Below are positions 38,205 through 47,816 of a DNA stretch of 64,000 nucleotides, in pieces. Source of the stretch: a virus. Its lineage: Duplodnaviria > Caudoviricetes. Below the pieces are notes generated by a model. It searched no databases and was not told the origin of the DNA. It worked only from the letters and a program-made list of their open reading frames with translations. Each line of letters starts with the position of its first letter. The stretch's first letter is position 1. A program made the position numbers and the translations under genes. The stretch is from positions 64,001 through 128,000 of the IMG/VR virus record IMGVR_UViG_3300038443_002533; one strand, given 5' to 3'.

Positions 38205-39626
38205 ATGCGTCAACATCGCAACTACGGCATCGTCACCAAACTGGCCGTCGAGAACCTGGAAGACAACGCAGTCGTGCCGGGCGAAGAGCCGGTCGCAACG
38301 CCGGTCGAAGCGGGCGCGGACAGCGTCGAAGCCGACCTGGTGGAAGTCAACGCCGACGTCGTCCAGATCGTGCAAGACGACGCCATCGTCGCCGACGCTG
38401 CCGAAGCCGTGGACGAACTGGAAGACACCGCGGTCGCCCTGGAATCGATCGCCCAAAATGGCGGCCTGGACCGCAACGGCGCGCGCGTCCTGAACATGTT
38501 CATGGTCTCGATCAACCGCCGCATGGGCTACCCGGACAACTACAAGACCATGTCGGTCGAGTCGTTCGGCGGTACCAACGACAAAGCGTCGCAGACCAAG
38601 CTGGCTGCTGAATCGATCGCCGAGAAGGCCAAAGAACTGTGGGGTAAGATCGTCGAGATGTTCCGTTCGGCCATCCAAGGCCTGGTCAACATCTGGAACC
38701 GTCTGTTCGACGGCGCCACCAAGCTGAAGGCCCGTGCCGAGAACCTGGCCAAAGCCGCTGCCGAGAACAAAGGCGAGAAGTCCGGCGACACGTTCGAAAA
38801 CCAGACGCTGGCAACCAACCTGCAACTGGGCGGCAACATCAACGTCAAGGAAGCCGCCAAGCGCATCGCACAAGAAGCGTCGGTGCTGGAAACCATCTCG
38901 AAGGCGTCGATCGCTTTCGCTGGCAAGGCTGCTTCGCTGGTCGAATCCGGCGACCTGGGCATGGTGACCCAGCTGGTCCACGACGTCGCTGGTCCGACCC
39001 AACAGGGTTTCGCCAAGGTCGCTGACGCGGCCAGCGTCGGTGTCCCGGCACCGGGCGAAGGCGTCGAGCTGTTCAAGTCGGAAGAACTGCCGGGCAACAA
39101 GGCCATCATCGCCTTCGTGCCGGGCGCTGGCGCCAACGCTGCTGCACTGGGCCAAGCCGGCTACAAGCTGGGCACGTTCGACGCATCCAAGAAGATCGCC
39201 GATGCCGCCAAGCTGCCGGTCCTGTCGACCCAAGACGTCGTCGAAGTCGCCAAGCAGATCAGCCTGGCCGCCGACTCGCTGCTGTCGTACAAGAAGTACC
39301 AGCAGGAAGCCGAAGCCGCTGCCAAGAAGGTCATCGCCCTGGCCGAGAAGAAAGCCAAGGAAACCGTCCGCGCTGAAGCCGGCGCCGATGCGAGCATGGT
39401 CGACAAGGCCAAGGCCGCTGGCAAGGCTGTCATGTCCGGTTCGGACGAGCGCGCTGTCGCCAAGGCCGCCATGTCGCTGGTGATCAACTCGGTGCCGCCG
39501 CTGGCCGCCTACGCCATCAACGCCGGTACCTCGGCACTGCAATACGGCGAGCAATCGCTCAAGCAGTATGGCAAGAAGGTGGACGAGAAGAAACCGGAAG
39601 GCGCCGCAGCTCCGGCCGCAGCCTAA
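38205..39626 (+). CDS. Inner-body/ejection protein (phiKZ gp93-gp97 paralogue family)
   Basis: Acidic propeptide with LAVE, VALE, MSVE, LAAE motifs; Ala/Lys-rich; ATG 38205 with SD GGAG. Confidence 0.75.
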   Translation: MRQHRNYGIVTKLAVENLEDNAVVPGEEPVATPVEAGADSVEADLVEVNADVVQIVQDDAIVADAAEAVDELEDTAVALESIAQNGGLDRNGARVLNMFMVSINRRMGYPDNYKTMSVESFGGTNDKASQTKLAAESIAEKAKELWGKIVEMFRSAIQGLVNIWNRLFDGATKLKARAENLAKAAAENKGEKSGDTFENQTLATNLQLGGNINVKEAAKRIAQEASVLETISKASIAFAGKAASLVESGDLGMVTQLVHDVAGPTQQGFAKVADAASVGVPAPGEGVELFKSEELPGNKAIIAFVPGAGANAAALGQAGYKLGTFDASKKIADAAKLPVLSTQDVVEVAKQISLAADSLLSYKKYQQEAEAAAKKVIALAEKKAKETVRAEAGADASMVDKAKAAGKAVMSGSDERAVAKAAMSLVINSVPPLAAYAINAGTSALQYGEQSLKQYGKKVDEKKPEGAAAPAAA

Positions 39627-39642
39627 TCGGGTCTAGGTAACA

Positions 39643-39692
39643 CCCCTTCACTCTCTGGGCAACCAAGGGTGAAGGGGGTTATTTCTTTTTTT
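39643..39692 (+). terminator. Intrinsic terminator
   Basis: CCCCTTCACTCT/AGGGTGAAGGGG stem plus T-tract. Confidence 0.75.
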
Positions 39693-39726
39693 CCATCCTT
39701 TTGAACAATCCATAAAGGACAAAGAG

Positions 39727-41163
39727 ATGCGTCGTTTTCAAAAGCTGAGTGTTCCTGTCGTGACCCCGCCGGCGGTGACCCCGTCGAACGAAGGTCTCGG
39801 CACGAACCTGTCGATCGAACAGATGTCGATCGAGCAAATCCTGAAAGACCGTCACGTACCGTCGCTGGAAGAGGAAGTCGTTGATCTGCAAGAAGCCGAT
39901 GCAGCGCAAGCCCAAGCCAGCGCCGACGTGCAAGAAACCGCCCGCGTGGAAGACGTCACCGACGTCATGCTGAACGTGGCCGACACGCTCGAAACCGCCG
40001 AGACGATCACCCCGCAACAAGCCATGCTGACCGACACCGTGTCGGAAATGGCCGTGGCTGGTTCCGACGGTGATCCCGACGACGTGATCCCGACGGCGGC
40101 TGACGTGGTCGAAGAGAAAGTCGCGCTGGAATCGTTCGTCGAAGACATCCGCAAACGTGCTGCCGAGATCTGGCAACGCATCCGTGCGTTCTGCCTGGAA
40201 ATCTGGAAGACCATCAAGGAATTCTTCGCTCGCATTTTCCACGCTGCTCCGCGCCTGCTGGCGCGCGTCAAAGAACTGCGCGACATCGCTACCGAGAAGA
40301 AGAAAACCTTCGGTTCGGCCGACCCGGCACAGGCGACGGTGCTGCCGATGGCTGGCACCAACTCCATTTCCTATCCGGACTACATGGTGCACAACACCAA
40401 GGAACTGGCCAAGGGTCTGGGTGAACTGGGCAGCCTCGCCAAGTATGCGTTCGGTCCGTACCTGAAGGACTGTCGATCGATGGGCGACTATGTCGCGACC
40501 GAACTGAAGAAGTTCGATCCGAAGCATGCCGCTGATCACCTGAAGAACGTCGCCCTGAACGTGCAGAAGAACAACTTCACCAGCTGGCCGGGCAATCCCC
40601 AGACCGGTTACCTGGGTTGCTTCGACATCGATCCGGTTCGTCTGGACAAGAACAAGACGAAAGATCTGAGCTACGCGCAGATCACCGCGGCCCTGCGTAA
40701 CAGCGGCATGAAGTTGCGCCCGCGTCAAGGCCGCGCTGGCCTCATCAACACCAAGAACGAGTTTGCTACCATGACCTTCGCGGAAATGGAACAAACCCTG
40801 AGCCTGGTGGAGAGTCTGGTCAAGCAAGTCGTCGCGTTCGAAAGCTCGGCTGATGGCAAAGCTGTCGAGAAGACCCGTCAGGATCTGATCGAGGGCGGTA
40901 ACCACGCGTCGATTGAGATCGGCAAGTTCGGCGGCCAAGACCCGGCTGGCAACCAAGAGCGCATGTACGCGATGGACGTGATGAAGGCCCTGGCCAACTT
41001 CAACACCACGCTGACGCGCTGGATGACCGAGCTGACCATGCCGGTCACCAAGAAGATCTACCAGACCGCCCGCACTTCGCTGGTCCTGGTTGAGAAGTCG
41101 CTGAGCCAATACAAAACGGCTCCTGCGTCGGCTACCCCGGCGGCTGGTGGCATTGCTGCCTAA
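39727..41163 (+). CDS. Inner-body/ejection protein (same paralogue family)
   Basis: LSIE, MSIE, PSLE, VALE motifs; W.(K/R)I..F...I coiled segment shared with 38205-39626. Confidence 0.75.
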   Translation: MRRFQKLSVPVVTPPAVTPSNEGLGTNLSIEQMSIEQILKDRHVPSLEEEVVDLQEADAAQAQASADVQETARVEDVTDVMLNVADTLETAETITPQQAMLTDTVSEMAVAGSDGDPDDVIPTAADVVEEKVALESFVEDIRKRAAEIWQRIRAFCLEIWKTIKEFFARIFHAAPRLLARVKELRDIATEKKKTFGSADPAQATVLPMAGTNSISYPDYMVHNTKELAKGLGELGSLAKYAFGPYLKDCRSMGDYVATELKKFDPKHAADHLKNVALNVQKNNFTSWPGNPQTGYLGCFDIDPVRLDKNKTKDLSYAQITAALRNSGMKLRPRQGRAGLINTKNEFATMTFAEMEQTLSLVESLVKQVVAFESSADGKAVEKTRQDLIEGGNHASIEIGKFGGQDPAGNQERMYAMDVMKALANFNTTLTRWMTELTMPVTKKIYQTARTSLVLVEKSLSQYKTAPASATPAAGGIAA

Positions 41164-41179
41164 GTCGGTTACATGAATG

Positions 41180-41218
41180 GACTGCCCAGCCCCATCAGGG
41201 CTGGGTGGTCTATTTATG
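41180..41218 (+). terminator. Stem-loop followed by TATG
   Basis: 13-bp stem 41180-41192/41198-41210; TATG 41215-41218. Confidence 0.65.
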
Positions 41219-41273
41219 TCGTCACGCGGCGAGGATGTTATGAAGCTAAAACCGTTTCCATTAGGAACCCATC

Positions 41274-42827
41274 ATGCCCATGATTTCACTTCCGATTCCG
41301 GAGACTGTGGAGAGCGTGACCCGTCCAGTGATGTTGGACGTCGTGCGTCAACTCATGACCCTCACCGGCATTTCGAAAAAGACCAACATCGTTTACTTCG
41401 GCGATTTGGAACGTTCCAAACAATTGAATTCCGCCATTGGTGCTTCGGATGAAAAGGATGACCCGAACACTTTTGCGCACAATGACAAGATTTCGATTGA
41501 AGTGGCTGAAACCTACTTCAATGAACTCGGCCACCAAGATGCGGTCGAGCGCCCTGAGAATTTGCTGGTGTTCCAAGATGCCCCGCTGTCGATCGTCATG
41601 AAGCCGATCTATGCCCAAATGGAAGCCACTGTCAGCATTCGCTTCCGGGCCAATAACAAAACCCTGGCGATGCAATGGCGTGACTTCGTCAAAGCTCGCC
41701 TGACCCAAAGCTTCAAACGCGAGTTGTACCTGCACAACGTCACGTATTCGTTCGGTATTCCGGAGGAGTGTTTGTACATTCTGAAGGAGCTGCATCGACT
41801 GCGCGAGAACGTTGCGGGTTTCGGTGAAGACTTCGATACCTACTTCGCCAATCACCGCACACCCAAAATGACCACGGTGCGTAACTTGAGCGCTACCGCG
41901 CAACTCTGGTCCGTACCTGAAACCCAGACCCGCATCCAAGGTTGGTTCGATTGGGAGTTGCCGGAAGAAGCGCAGAAAGATGCTGACGGGACCACGTACA
42001 CGGTCGCGTTCAATTACAAGTTCCGCTATGCACGCCCGACCCGGATCGAGATGATTTACCCGATCATGGTGCATAACCAGTTGCTCGACGCTAAATACCG
42101 CGACACCCCGCTGACGGATCCGAGTGACGTGGAAAAGAGCTACGCCATGACGGCGCGGATCTTCCGTTCGTTTGAAGGGGGGCAGTGGGATTGTAAACAG
42201 ATCCAAGACTTTGGCTTTTCGATTCCGGCGTTCGATGAGTTCTGGCCCAAGATGGTACCGAACGACACCCGGCGTCTGCTCACGGTGTTGTTCACGCTCG
42301 ATGATACCAATCCCCATCAGTTCTTGAACCTGGGTGATTTGAAGTCTCGTCAGCTCCATCCGGATATTCTGGAGTACATCCGCTCCGAACGGGAGTACTT
42401 GACGGTGCCAGGGTTGAGTGCGATTCATTTGGCGCTGTACAAGAATGAATTCCTGATCGCCAACAATCCCGCCCCCTTTAATGTCGATGCCGACCTGAAC
42501 GTCGTTGGGTTGTTGTCGACCAATCTGCGGGTGCAGCATCATTTGCGCATCAGTTTGTTCACTGACTGGCAAAGTCTGCGCGGTGGTGCGTTGCAGCGCA
42601 TGCAAGACCATGGCCGGGCGGCGATCCTGATGTTGATGGCGATTGACCCGTCGCTCAAGGACCGCGGTTTGTTGCCGGTGCTGATTGACGATAACTTCGT
42701 CTCCAAGACCAGCCTCTTGATTGCGATCAACAATCTGCGCCCAACCAAGAACATCCTCACCCCGGGACCGACTGGCATGATGTATACCGTCCAGTCGATG
42801 TTCCAAGAAACCTTTGCGGTGGAATAA
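41274..42827 (+). CDS. Virion structural protein (neck/tail region)
   Basis: 517 aa, SD AGGA; synteny with phiKZ gp98-101 block. Confidence 0.6.
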   Translation: MPMISLPIPETVESVTRPVMLDVVRQLMTLTGISKKTNIVYFGDLERSKQLNSAIGASDEKDDPNTFAHNDKISIEVAETYFNELGHQDAVERPENLLVFQDAPLSIVMKPIYAQMEATVSIRFRANNKTLAMQWRDFVKARLTQSFKRELYLHNVTYSFGIPEECLYILKELHRLRENVAGFGEDFDTYFANHRTPKMTTVRNLSATAQLWSVPETQTRIQGWFDWELPEEAQKDADGTTYTVAFNYKFRYARPTRIEMIYPIMVHNQLLDAKYRDTPLTDPSDVEKSYAMTARIFRSFEGGQWDCKQIQDFGFSIPAFDEFWPKMVPNDTRRLLTVLFTLDDTNPHQFLNLGDLKSRQLHPDILEYIRSEREYLTVPGLSAIHLALYKNEFLIANNPAPFNVDADLNVVGLLSTNLRVQHHLRISLFTDWQSLRGGALQRMQDHGRAAILMLMAIDPSLKDRGLLPVLIDDNFVSKTSLLIAINNLRPTKNILTPGPTGMMYTVQSMFQETFAVE

Positions 42828-42834
42828 TTCTATC

Positions 42835-42933
42835 ATGCCGATTATTGAAGACACTCCCTTGACCCCACCGGTGAATCCGCCGGTGGCTGTGACCGTTGTG
42901 CCTCCTGAACACCGGGGCGTAACGGTTGACACA
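42835..42933 (+). repeat. Copy 1 of duplicated 33-codon gene start (partner 43630-43728)
   Basis: MPIIEDTPLTPPVNPPVAVTVVPPEHRGVTVDT vs MPIIEDTPLTPPVDPPIAVKVVSPEFRGSTVDT, 27/33 aa identical. Confidence 0.95.
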
Positions 42934-43614
42934 ATAAGTCCAATAACGCCGCTTAAAGACCTGTCTGAAAATAGTGGTTTGGATAGGGAACATCCTATCG
43001 GCATATACGTTGCCAATAACAGTCAAACCGGCGACTACTACATTGGTGCTACAACCGAAAGAAAAAGAAGATTGCCGGAACATCTGAGTAAGCTCAATAC
43101 AGGATCGCATAGTAACCAGAAATTTCAAGAATCTTTTAATAGAAACTCTGATTTTGAATGGTTAGAGATTCCGATTGTCACCAGAGAAGATGCTTTTAGC
43201 TTGGAAAGGGATCTTATCAAAGCTTGTCGGGGAGATCCGCATTGCTTGAACTTGAAGGATGCTGTTCCGGTATCTGAAGAAACAAGAGAAAAACACAGAC
43301 AGTACCAGCTTGGTAAAAAGATGCCGGACGGCTTTTCAGAGAAACTTAGCGGCGTGCTGCTAGAACGATGGAAAGATCCTGAGTTCGTGCAGAAGCAAAG
43401 GGAAGCTAGAGTCGGCAGGACTCTTTCTGAAGAACATAAAGCAAATATTCGAGCTTCTAGTTCGTTCACGAAGAGTTCGGTTCCAGTGAATATTGATGGG
43501 GTGATTTACCCAAGTGTTAGGGACGCAAGCACCGCACTTAATGTTCCTTATACCACTGCTGCTAAAAGACTTAATAGTCCGAACTTTCCTAGTTGGGAAA
43601 GATTATCTCCATAA
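42835..43614 (+). CDS. GIY-YIG homing endonuclease fused to a captured 33-aa virion-gene N-terminus
   Basis: GIYVANNSQTGDYYIG, RLPEH, LERDLI, CLN; NUMOD3-like VSEETREK and TLSEEHK repeats; C-terminal HTH; AT-rich. Confidence 0.92.
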   Translation: MPIIEDTPLTPPVNPPVAVTVVPPEHRGVTVDTISPITPLKDLSENSGLDREHPIGIYVANNSQTGDYYIGATTERKRRLPEHLSKLNTGSHSNQKFQESFNRNSDFEWLEIPIVTREDAFSLERDLIKACRGDPHCLNLKDAVPVSEETREKHRQYQLGKKMPDGFSEKLSGVLLERWKDPEFVQKQREARVGRTLSEEHKANIRASSSFTKSSVPVNIDGVIYPSVRDASTALNVPYTTAAKRLNSPNFPSWERLSP

Positions 43615-43713
43615 CAAATGGTGAAATAAATGCCTATAATCGAAGATACACCTCTGACTCCTCCGGTTGATCCTCCTATTGCTGTTAAGGTTGTTTCCCC
43701 TGAGTTTAGAGGT
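42919..43713 (+). mobile_element. Intron-free homing endonuclease cassette carrying a recoded replacement gene start; boundaries approximate
   Basis: GC drops to roughly 35-42% in sampled lines vs about 57% flanks; codon style switches at Gly28 in both copies. Confidence 0.8.
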
Positions 43714-44994
43714 TCGACCGTCGACACACGCTACGAATCGATGCGCTCGCTCCTGAGCCATATCGAAGGTGCGTCCTGGTCGGTGAACTACTACAGCCAA
43801 GTGCTGGGCAAAGACAATGCCCTGTCTGGCCAGAATCTCGATCGTCCCGCTGCCTACCAACAGTACAAACTGATCGAAGACTTTGAACTGAAAGTCACGA
43901 CCCCGCTCAATACCACCCAAGACCAAACCACCAAAGAATTCAACGTCACCGGCCAGGCCCATGTGTTTCCCTGCGGCTTGATCCCGAATGACGGGGACTG
44001 CTTTATTGCCGACGTAGGCGATGGTCGGGAAGCGGTGTTTGAAATCACCAATTCCGAGAAACGCTCGTTCTTGCCGGATGCGGCGTATATCGTCGATTAC
44101 AAGATCGTGGCGTGGTCGGAGCAAGACAGCCGGATCCAAGACCTCAACAGCAAAGTGATCCAGACCCTGCATCTCAGCACCGAGATGATGGACAATGGCC
44201 AGCGCGGTCTGATCGACATCGATGACTTCACCTTGAGCGTGAAGCTGCAAGGGTACCATAACGAGATCGTCGACTACTACTTCTCGCGCTTCATGAGCCG
44301 GGATTTGCGCACGCTGGTGTTGCCGGGTCAAGACTACGCGATTTACGACCCGTTCCTGACGCATGCCGTATTGGCGATGCTGCGCGATGAACAACATCCC
44401 AACATCAAACTCATCCGTGAACTGAATGTCGGGGAAGACGATAACTACTTGACCCCGACCATCTGGACCGCGCTGAACAAGAAACGGCGTAAGGAGTTGG
44501 TGGGTGGGATGCAAAAGGTGGGCCTGGTTTCTACTCGCGCTTTCACGCGTGAACCCAGCATGAACTCGATCCGCTATTCGGGGATTGATTACGTGGTGTA
44601 TCCGATCGATCCAGTCAAGTCCATCGACTACCTGCAACACGACCAAACCAAACCGTTGAGTGATGTGCTCATCAAAGGCACCTCGACCGCGTTGGTGGAT
44701 TTGTTTGATGTGATCCAGATCACCGAACTGAATGGCTTGCCGAGCTTCGATGCTCCAGCCGTCAACCGTTCGCAAAACGACACCTACGTGTTTTCCCCTC
44801 AATTTTACCAACGCACCAATCCGGGTCAATCGGCATTGGAATTGGCCTTCCAGAACTACCTGGACGATCGCGCCATTCCACTACGCACGCTGTTACAGAT
44901 GAGCGTCAGCTACACCAGCTGGGCGCCGCTGGAACAGTTCTATCAACTGCCGATGCTGCTCGCAATGATCCGTGGTGCTCTCCGGAGAATGTAA
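43630..44994 (+). CDS. Virion structural protein with replaced 5' end
   Basis: 454 aa; first 28 codons AT-rich, remainder genome-typical; SD GGTGA supplied by the cassette. Confidence 0.8.
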   Translation: MPIIEDTPLTPPVDPPIAVKVVSPEFRGSTVDTRYESMRSLLSHIEGASWSVNYYSQVLGKDNALSGQNLDRPAAYQQYKLIEDFELKVTTPLNTTQDQTTKEFNVTGQAHVFPCGLIPNDGDCFIADVGDGREAVFEITNSEKRSFLPDAAYIVDYKIVAWSEQDSRIQDLNSKVIQTLHLSTEMMDNGQRGLIDIDDFTLSVKLQGYHNEIVDYYFSRFMSRDLRTLVLPGQDYAIYDPFLTHAVLAMLRDEQHPNIKLIRELNVGEDDNYLTPTIWTALNKKRRKELVGGMQKVGLVSTRAFTREPSMNSIRYSGIDYVVYPIDPVKSIDYLQHDQTKPLSDVLIKGTSTALVDLFDVIQITELNGLPSFDAPAVNRSQNDTYVFSPQFYQRTNPGQSALELAFQNYLDDRAIPLRTLLQMSVSYTSWAPLEQFYQLPMLLAMIRGALRRM

Positions 44995-45710
44995 TGGGTT
45001 ATATTCCAGAGTCGCAACGTACCACTGGCTGGTACTTGTTTAACAAACTGTTTCAAGTGCGCATCAACCCGCACCATGCACGTACTGCGGATGAGATCAA
45101 GCGCTATGGCACCCCGACCACCGGCAATGAAGACGTCGACCGGGAAATGGACAAGTACGAGCAAATCGTGATGTGGTCGATTGCGCGACTGGAAGCGCAC
45201 TTCAGCAGCGGGTACCCGGTCAAGTTCGTCAAGCGCAGTGATTGCGATGAAGTCTATCGCTTGCTTCAAAACCACTTGATGGCCATGCAACAAGCCTTGA
45301 CGGTGTCGGAAAACGTGACGGGCAATCCCGAGACCATGGCGGAACTGGTGCGCCTCGACCAATTCGCTGAAGCAGTGTTTCAGTACGCCCGGCACGGCAT
45401 GCGTGATAGCCTGGAGCATGCTGGCTTTGCCCGTCGGGCCCGAGCGCGGGACCCGTTCGCCAAACTTGGGTCAAAGATCCGCAATCGCCAGTTGGAGACG
45501 GATGCCCCCAAAGAAACCCTGCCGGGTGGCTCCAGTGTGGGGCGGCAATACGGCACCCACGCGGACATGGTGGCACAAACCCCACCGGTGGTCAACGAGA
45601 ACGGGGTGATGGAGTTGGATCCGATTGTGGAAGATCCGAACCTACCGCGTCGTACGAGCCTGGCGAAGTTGTTTGAAGAACGGCGTCAACTCGGGCTCCA
45701 GTGGAAATAA
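44994..45710 (+). CDS. Conserved hypothetical protein
   Basis: 238 aa, TAATG-coupled. Confidence 0.65.
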   Translation: MGYIPESQRTTGWYLFNKLFQVRINPHHARTADEIKRYGTPTTGNEDVDREMDKYEQIVMWSIARLEAHFSSGYPVKFVKRSDCDEVYRLLQNHLMAMQQALTVSENVTGNPETMAELVRLDQFAEAVFQYARHGMRDSLEHAGFARRARARDPFAKLGSKIRNRQLETDAPKETLPGGSSVGRQYGTHADMVAQTPPVVNENGVMELDPIVEDPNLPRRTSLAKLFEERRQLGLQWK

Positions 45711-45719
45711 GGAGCGGTC

Positions 45720-47084
45720 ATGGATATTGAAAGTTCCTCCCTGTGGCGCGAGGTGCAAGCCATCATCGAATCGGGCAGCAATCCCGTGCACCATACCTGG
45801 GACATCACCATCTACGCGGGAGATGAAACCATCAAGCCGTTTAAGGTAATGTCGATTGACATCGATCGGGATTATCTGCACAACTTCACCGATTACATGT
45901 TGATCGATGTCCGGATTCCGCTGGGCACGTACGCCAAGCGCCTGTACCCAAATGCGAATAACGTCGAGATCGAACTCAAACGGATCGCATTGGGGGAATC
46001 CAGTGATGTCACCAACCTGGACGATCAAGTCCAGATGGAGCGCTATGCGGCGGTGATGATCGATACTGGCAACCCGGTGGTGGCCAACTCGATTGGTAGC
46101 ATCACTTCGGAAGAAGACCTGAACCGGATTGATATCCCGACGGTGAAGTTCCAGTTGTTCAATAAAGCCCTGGACCAGTTGCGCACCGTCCCAGCTGGCG
46201 GTATCTATCGCAACATGACTGGGGAAGATGTGGTCAAGGCGGTGTTGATCAAAACCGCGGAAATCGTGAAGGTGGATGCCACCCGCGCCGTGCGGGGGGT
46301 GCAGATGGTGCAAGCCTCGAACCGAGAAAAGCGCGAACACGTGATCGTACCGCACCAAGTCAAAGCGGTGGATATCCCGCACCACGTACATTACCACTGC
46401 GGCGGGTTGTATTCGGCGGGGTTGGGTTACTATCTGCAAGACGACACGTGGTACGTGTTTCCAGCGTACGACACCACCCGCTTCAATGATGGCGATCCGA
46501 CCCTCACCATCGTGAATATCCCCAGCCACCGTCTGCCCGGGATTGAGCGCACCTACCGTAAGGATGGCGATAACTTAGTGGTGCTGGCCACGGGTCAAGT
46601 CAACATGCGTGAGCTGCGCAACATCGCTCAACTCAATCATGGTAATGGTGTACGGTTTGCGGATGCCGATGCGTTGATCGATAACTTTGTCCAAGTGAAA
46701 GACAACAAAGCGGTAGCACAGCGCGCGAAGACCAACACTGAGATCTTGGCCGATAAACGTCCGAACGATGTCAACTACGTCACGGCGGGTCAGCGGCGGA
46801 TCAATGCCAATCCCTTCGTCGAGTATTCGGCACTGGCTGCCCGGCAAGGCAGTGGCATGTCGTTGGTGTGGGAAAATGCCGATCCGGCCTTGGTGTATCC
46901 CGGCATGCCCGTCAAGGTGATGTACCTGGATGGGGATGCGATCGAAGAACTCACCGGCGTGTTGCTGGGTGCCCATTGGTACACCAGTTTGCGTGATCCT
47001 GGGGTCACGGCGCTGCGCTTTAGCAGTCAACTCACCTTGAGTGTCTTCGTTACTCCGGTGACGGATACGAGCGGGTCGACATAG
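45720..47084 (+). CDS. Probable baseplate hub/tail-tip protein (phiKZ gp101, T4 gp27/VgrG-like)
   Basis: 454 aa beta-rich; GLGYYLQ..TWYVFP and LVYPGMPVKVMY hub-like motifs. Confidence 0.55.
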   Translation: MDIESSSLWREVQAIIESGSNPVHHTWDITIYAGDETIKPFKVMSIDIDRDYLHNFTDYMLIDVRIPLGTYAKRLYPNANNVEIELKRIALGESSDVTNLDDQVQMERYAAVMIDTGNPVVANSIGSITSEEDLNRIDIPTVKFQLFNKALDQLRTVPAGGIYRNMTGEDVVKAVLIKTAEIVKVDATRAVRGVQMVQASNREKREHVIVPHQVKAVDIPHHVHYHCGGLYSAGLGYYLQDDTWYVFPAYDTTRFNDGDPTLTIVNIPSHRLPGIERTYRKDGDNLVVLATGQVNMRELRNIAQLNHGNGVRFADADALIDNFVQVKDNKAVAQRAKTNTEILADKRPNDVNYVTAGQRRINANPFVEYSALAARQGSGMSLVWENADPALVYPGMPVKVMYLDGDAIEELTGVLLGAHWYTSLRDPGVTALRFSSQLTLSVFVTPVTDTSGST

Positions 47085-47145
47085 CGCGCTTTTATTCTAT
47101 GTCAACCTAATTCGCCTTTCCATTGAATCTCGCATAGGAGCCAAT

Positions 47146-47721
47146 ATGGCGACCGATTTTACCAAGATGCCGTTGGAAATCCTTGTCGACTTGATCAACT
47201 TGGCCAACGGTTCTGCCCTGACCACGGCGGACGTCAGTTTCAGTCCCCCGACCGCGCTCACCGGGGCCAGTCGTAATACGGGTCTCACCATCACCGCCAA
47301 ACCCGGCGGGATGTACAGTGGTTCCCGGGACGTGACGTATAACCGGGTGGACATGGGGATGATCCCGGGCTTGCGCAGTACCGAGTTTACCGTCAATCCA
47401 AGTTGGCGCTACATGCACGACTTGGTGCCGGCAATTAACGCCGCGTATAACCTGAATCTGCAACCGGAAGATTATTACGACGACCAGTTGCCAGACTTCA
47501 GCGATTACACGCTGAACAACCACAACTTCCTGCTGCGTGCCCAACCGGGTTCGTACATCTACACCAACATGCTGGTGTTGACGGCAGTCGGCGGTAAGAC
47601 GTTGATTTCGGATTACCTGACGCAAAATCTGCTGAGCGGCTTCATTCTGCCCACCCTCTCGCAACTGGGGGGCGATAATTTGCTCAACGGGTTCGTTTTC
47701 CCGTCACCCACGAACGGCTGA
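47146..47721 (+). CDS. Fibre-anchor type virion protein (phiKZ gp131-135 N-terminal family), copy 1
   Basis: LVDLIN..N...DVSFSPP...RNT..TITAK...YSGSRDVTYNRVD. Confidence 0.7.
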   Translation: MATDFTKMPLEILVDLINLANGSALTTADVSFSPPTALTGASRNTGLTITAKPGGMYSGSRDVTYNRVDMGMIPGLRSTEFTVNPSWRYMHDLVPAINAAYNLNLQPEDYYDDQLPDFSDYTLNNHNFLLRAQPGSYIYTNMLVLTAVGGKTLISDYLTQNLLSGFILPTLSQLGGDNLLNGFVFPSPTNG

Positions 47722-47730
47722 TTCACCTCA

Positions 47731-47792
47731 AGAGAGCATCCCTACCCTTACTGCCGCAAAGGACAAGTAAGGGTAGGGATGCTCTCTTTTTT
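47731..47792 (+). terminator. Intrinsic terminator with 21-bp perfect stem
   Basis: 47731-47751/47767-47787 plus T-tract. Confidence 0.85.
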
Positions 47793-47816
47793 GATGTTTG
47801 TTAAATAAGGTTCCTT

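Noticed and set aside
42835-43713. GIY-YIG gene as part of a group I intron or intein
   Set aside because: No P7 GACTA/TAGTC pair or P4 elements seen, no intein termini, and the duplicated start makes splicing unnecessary.
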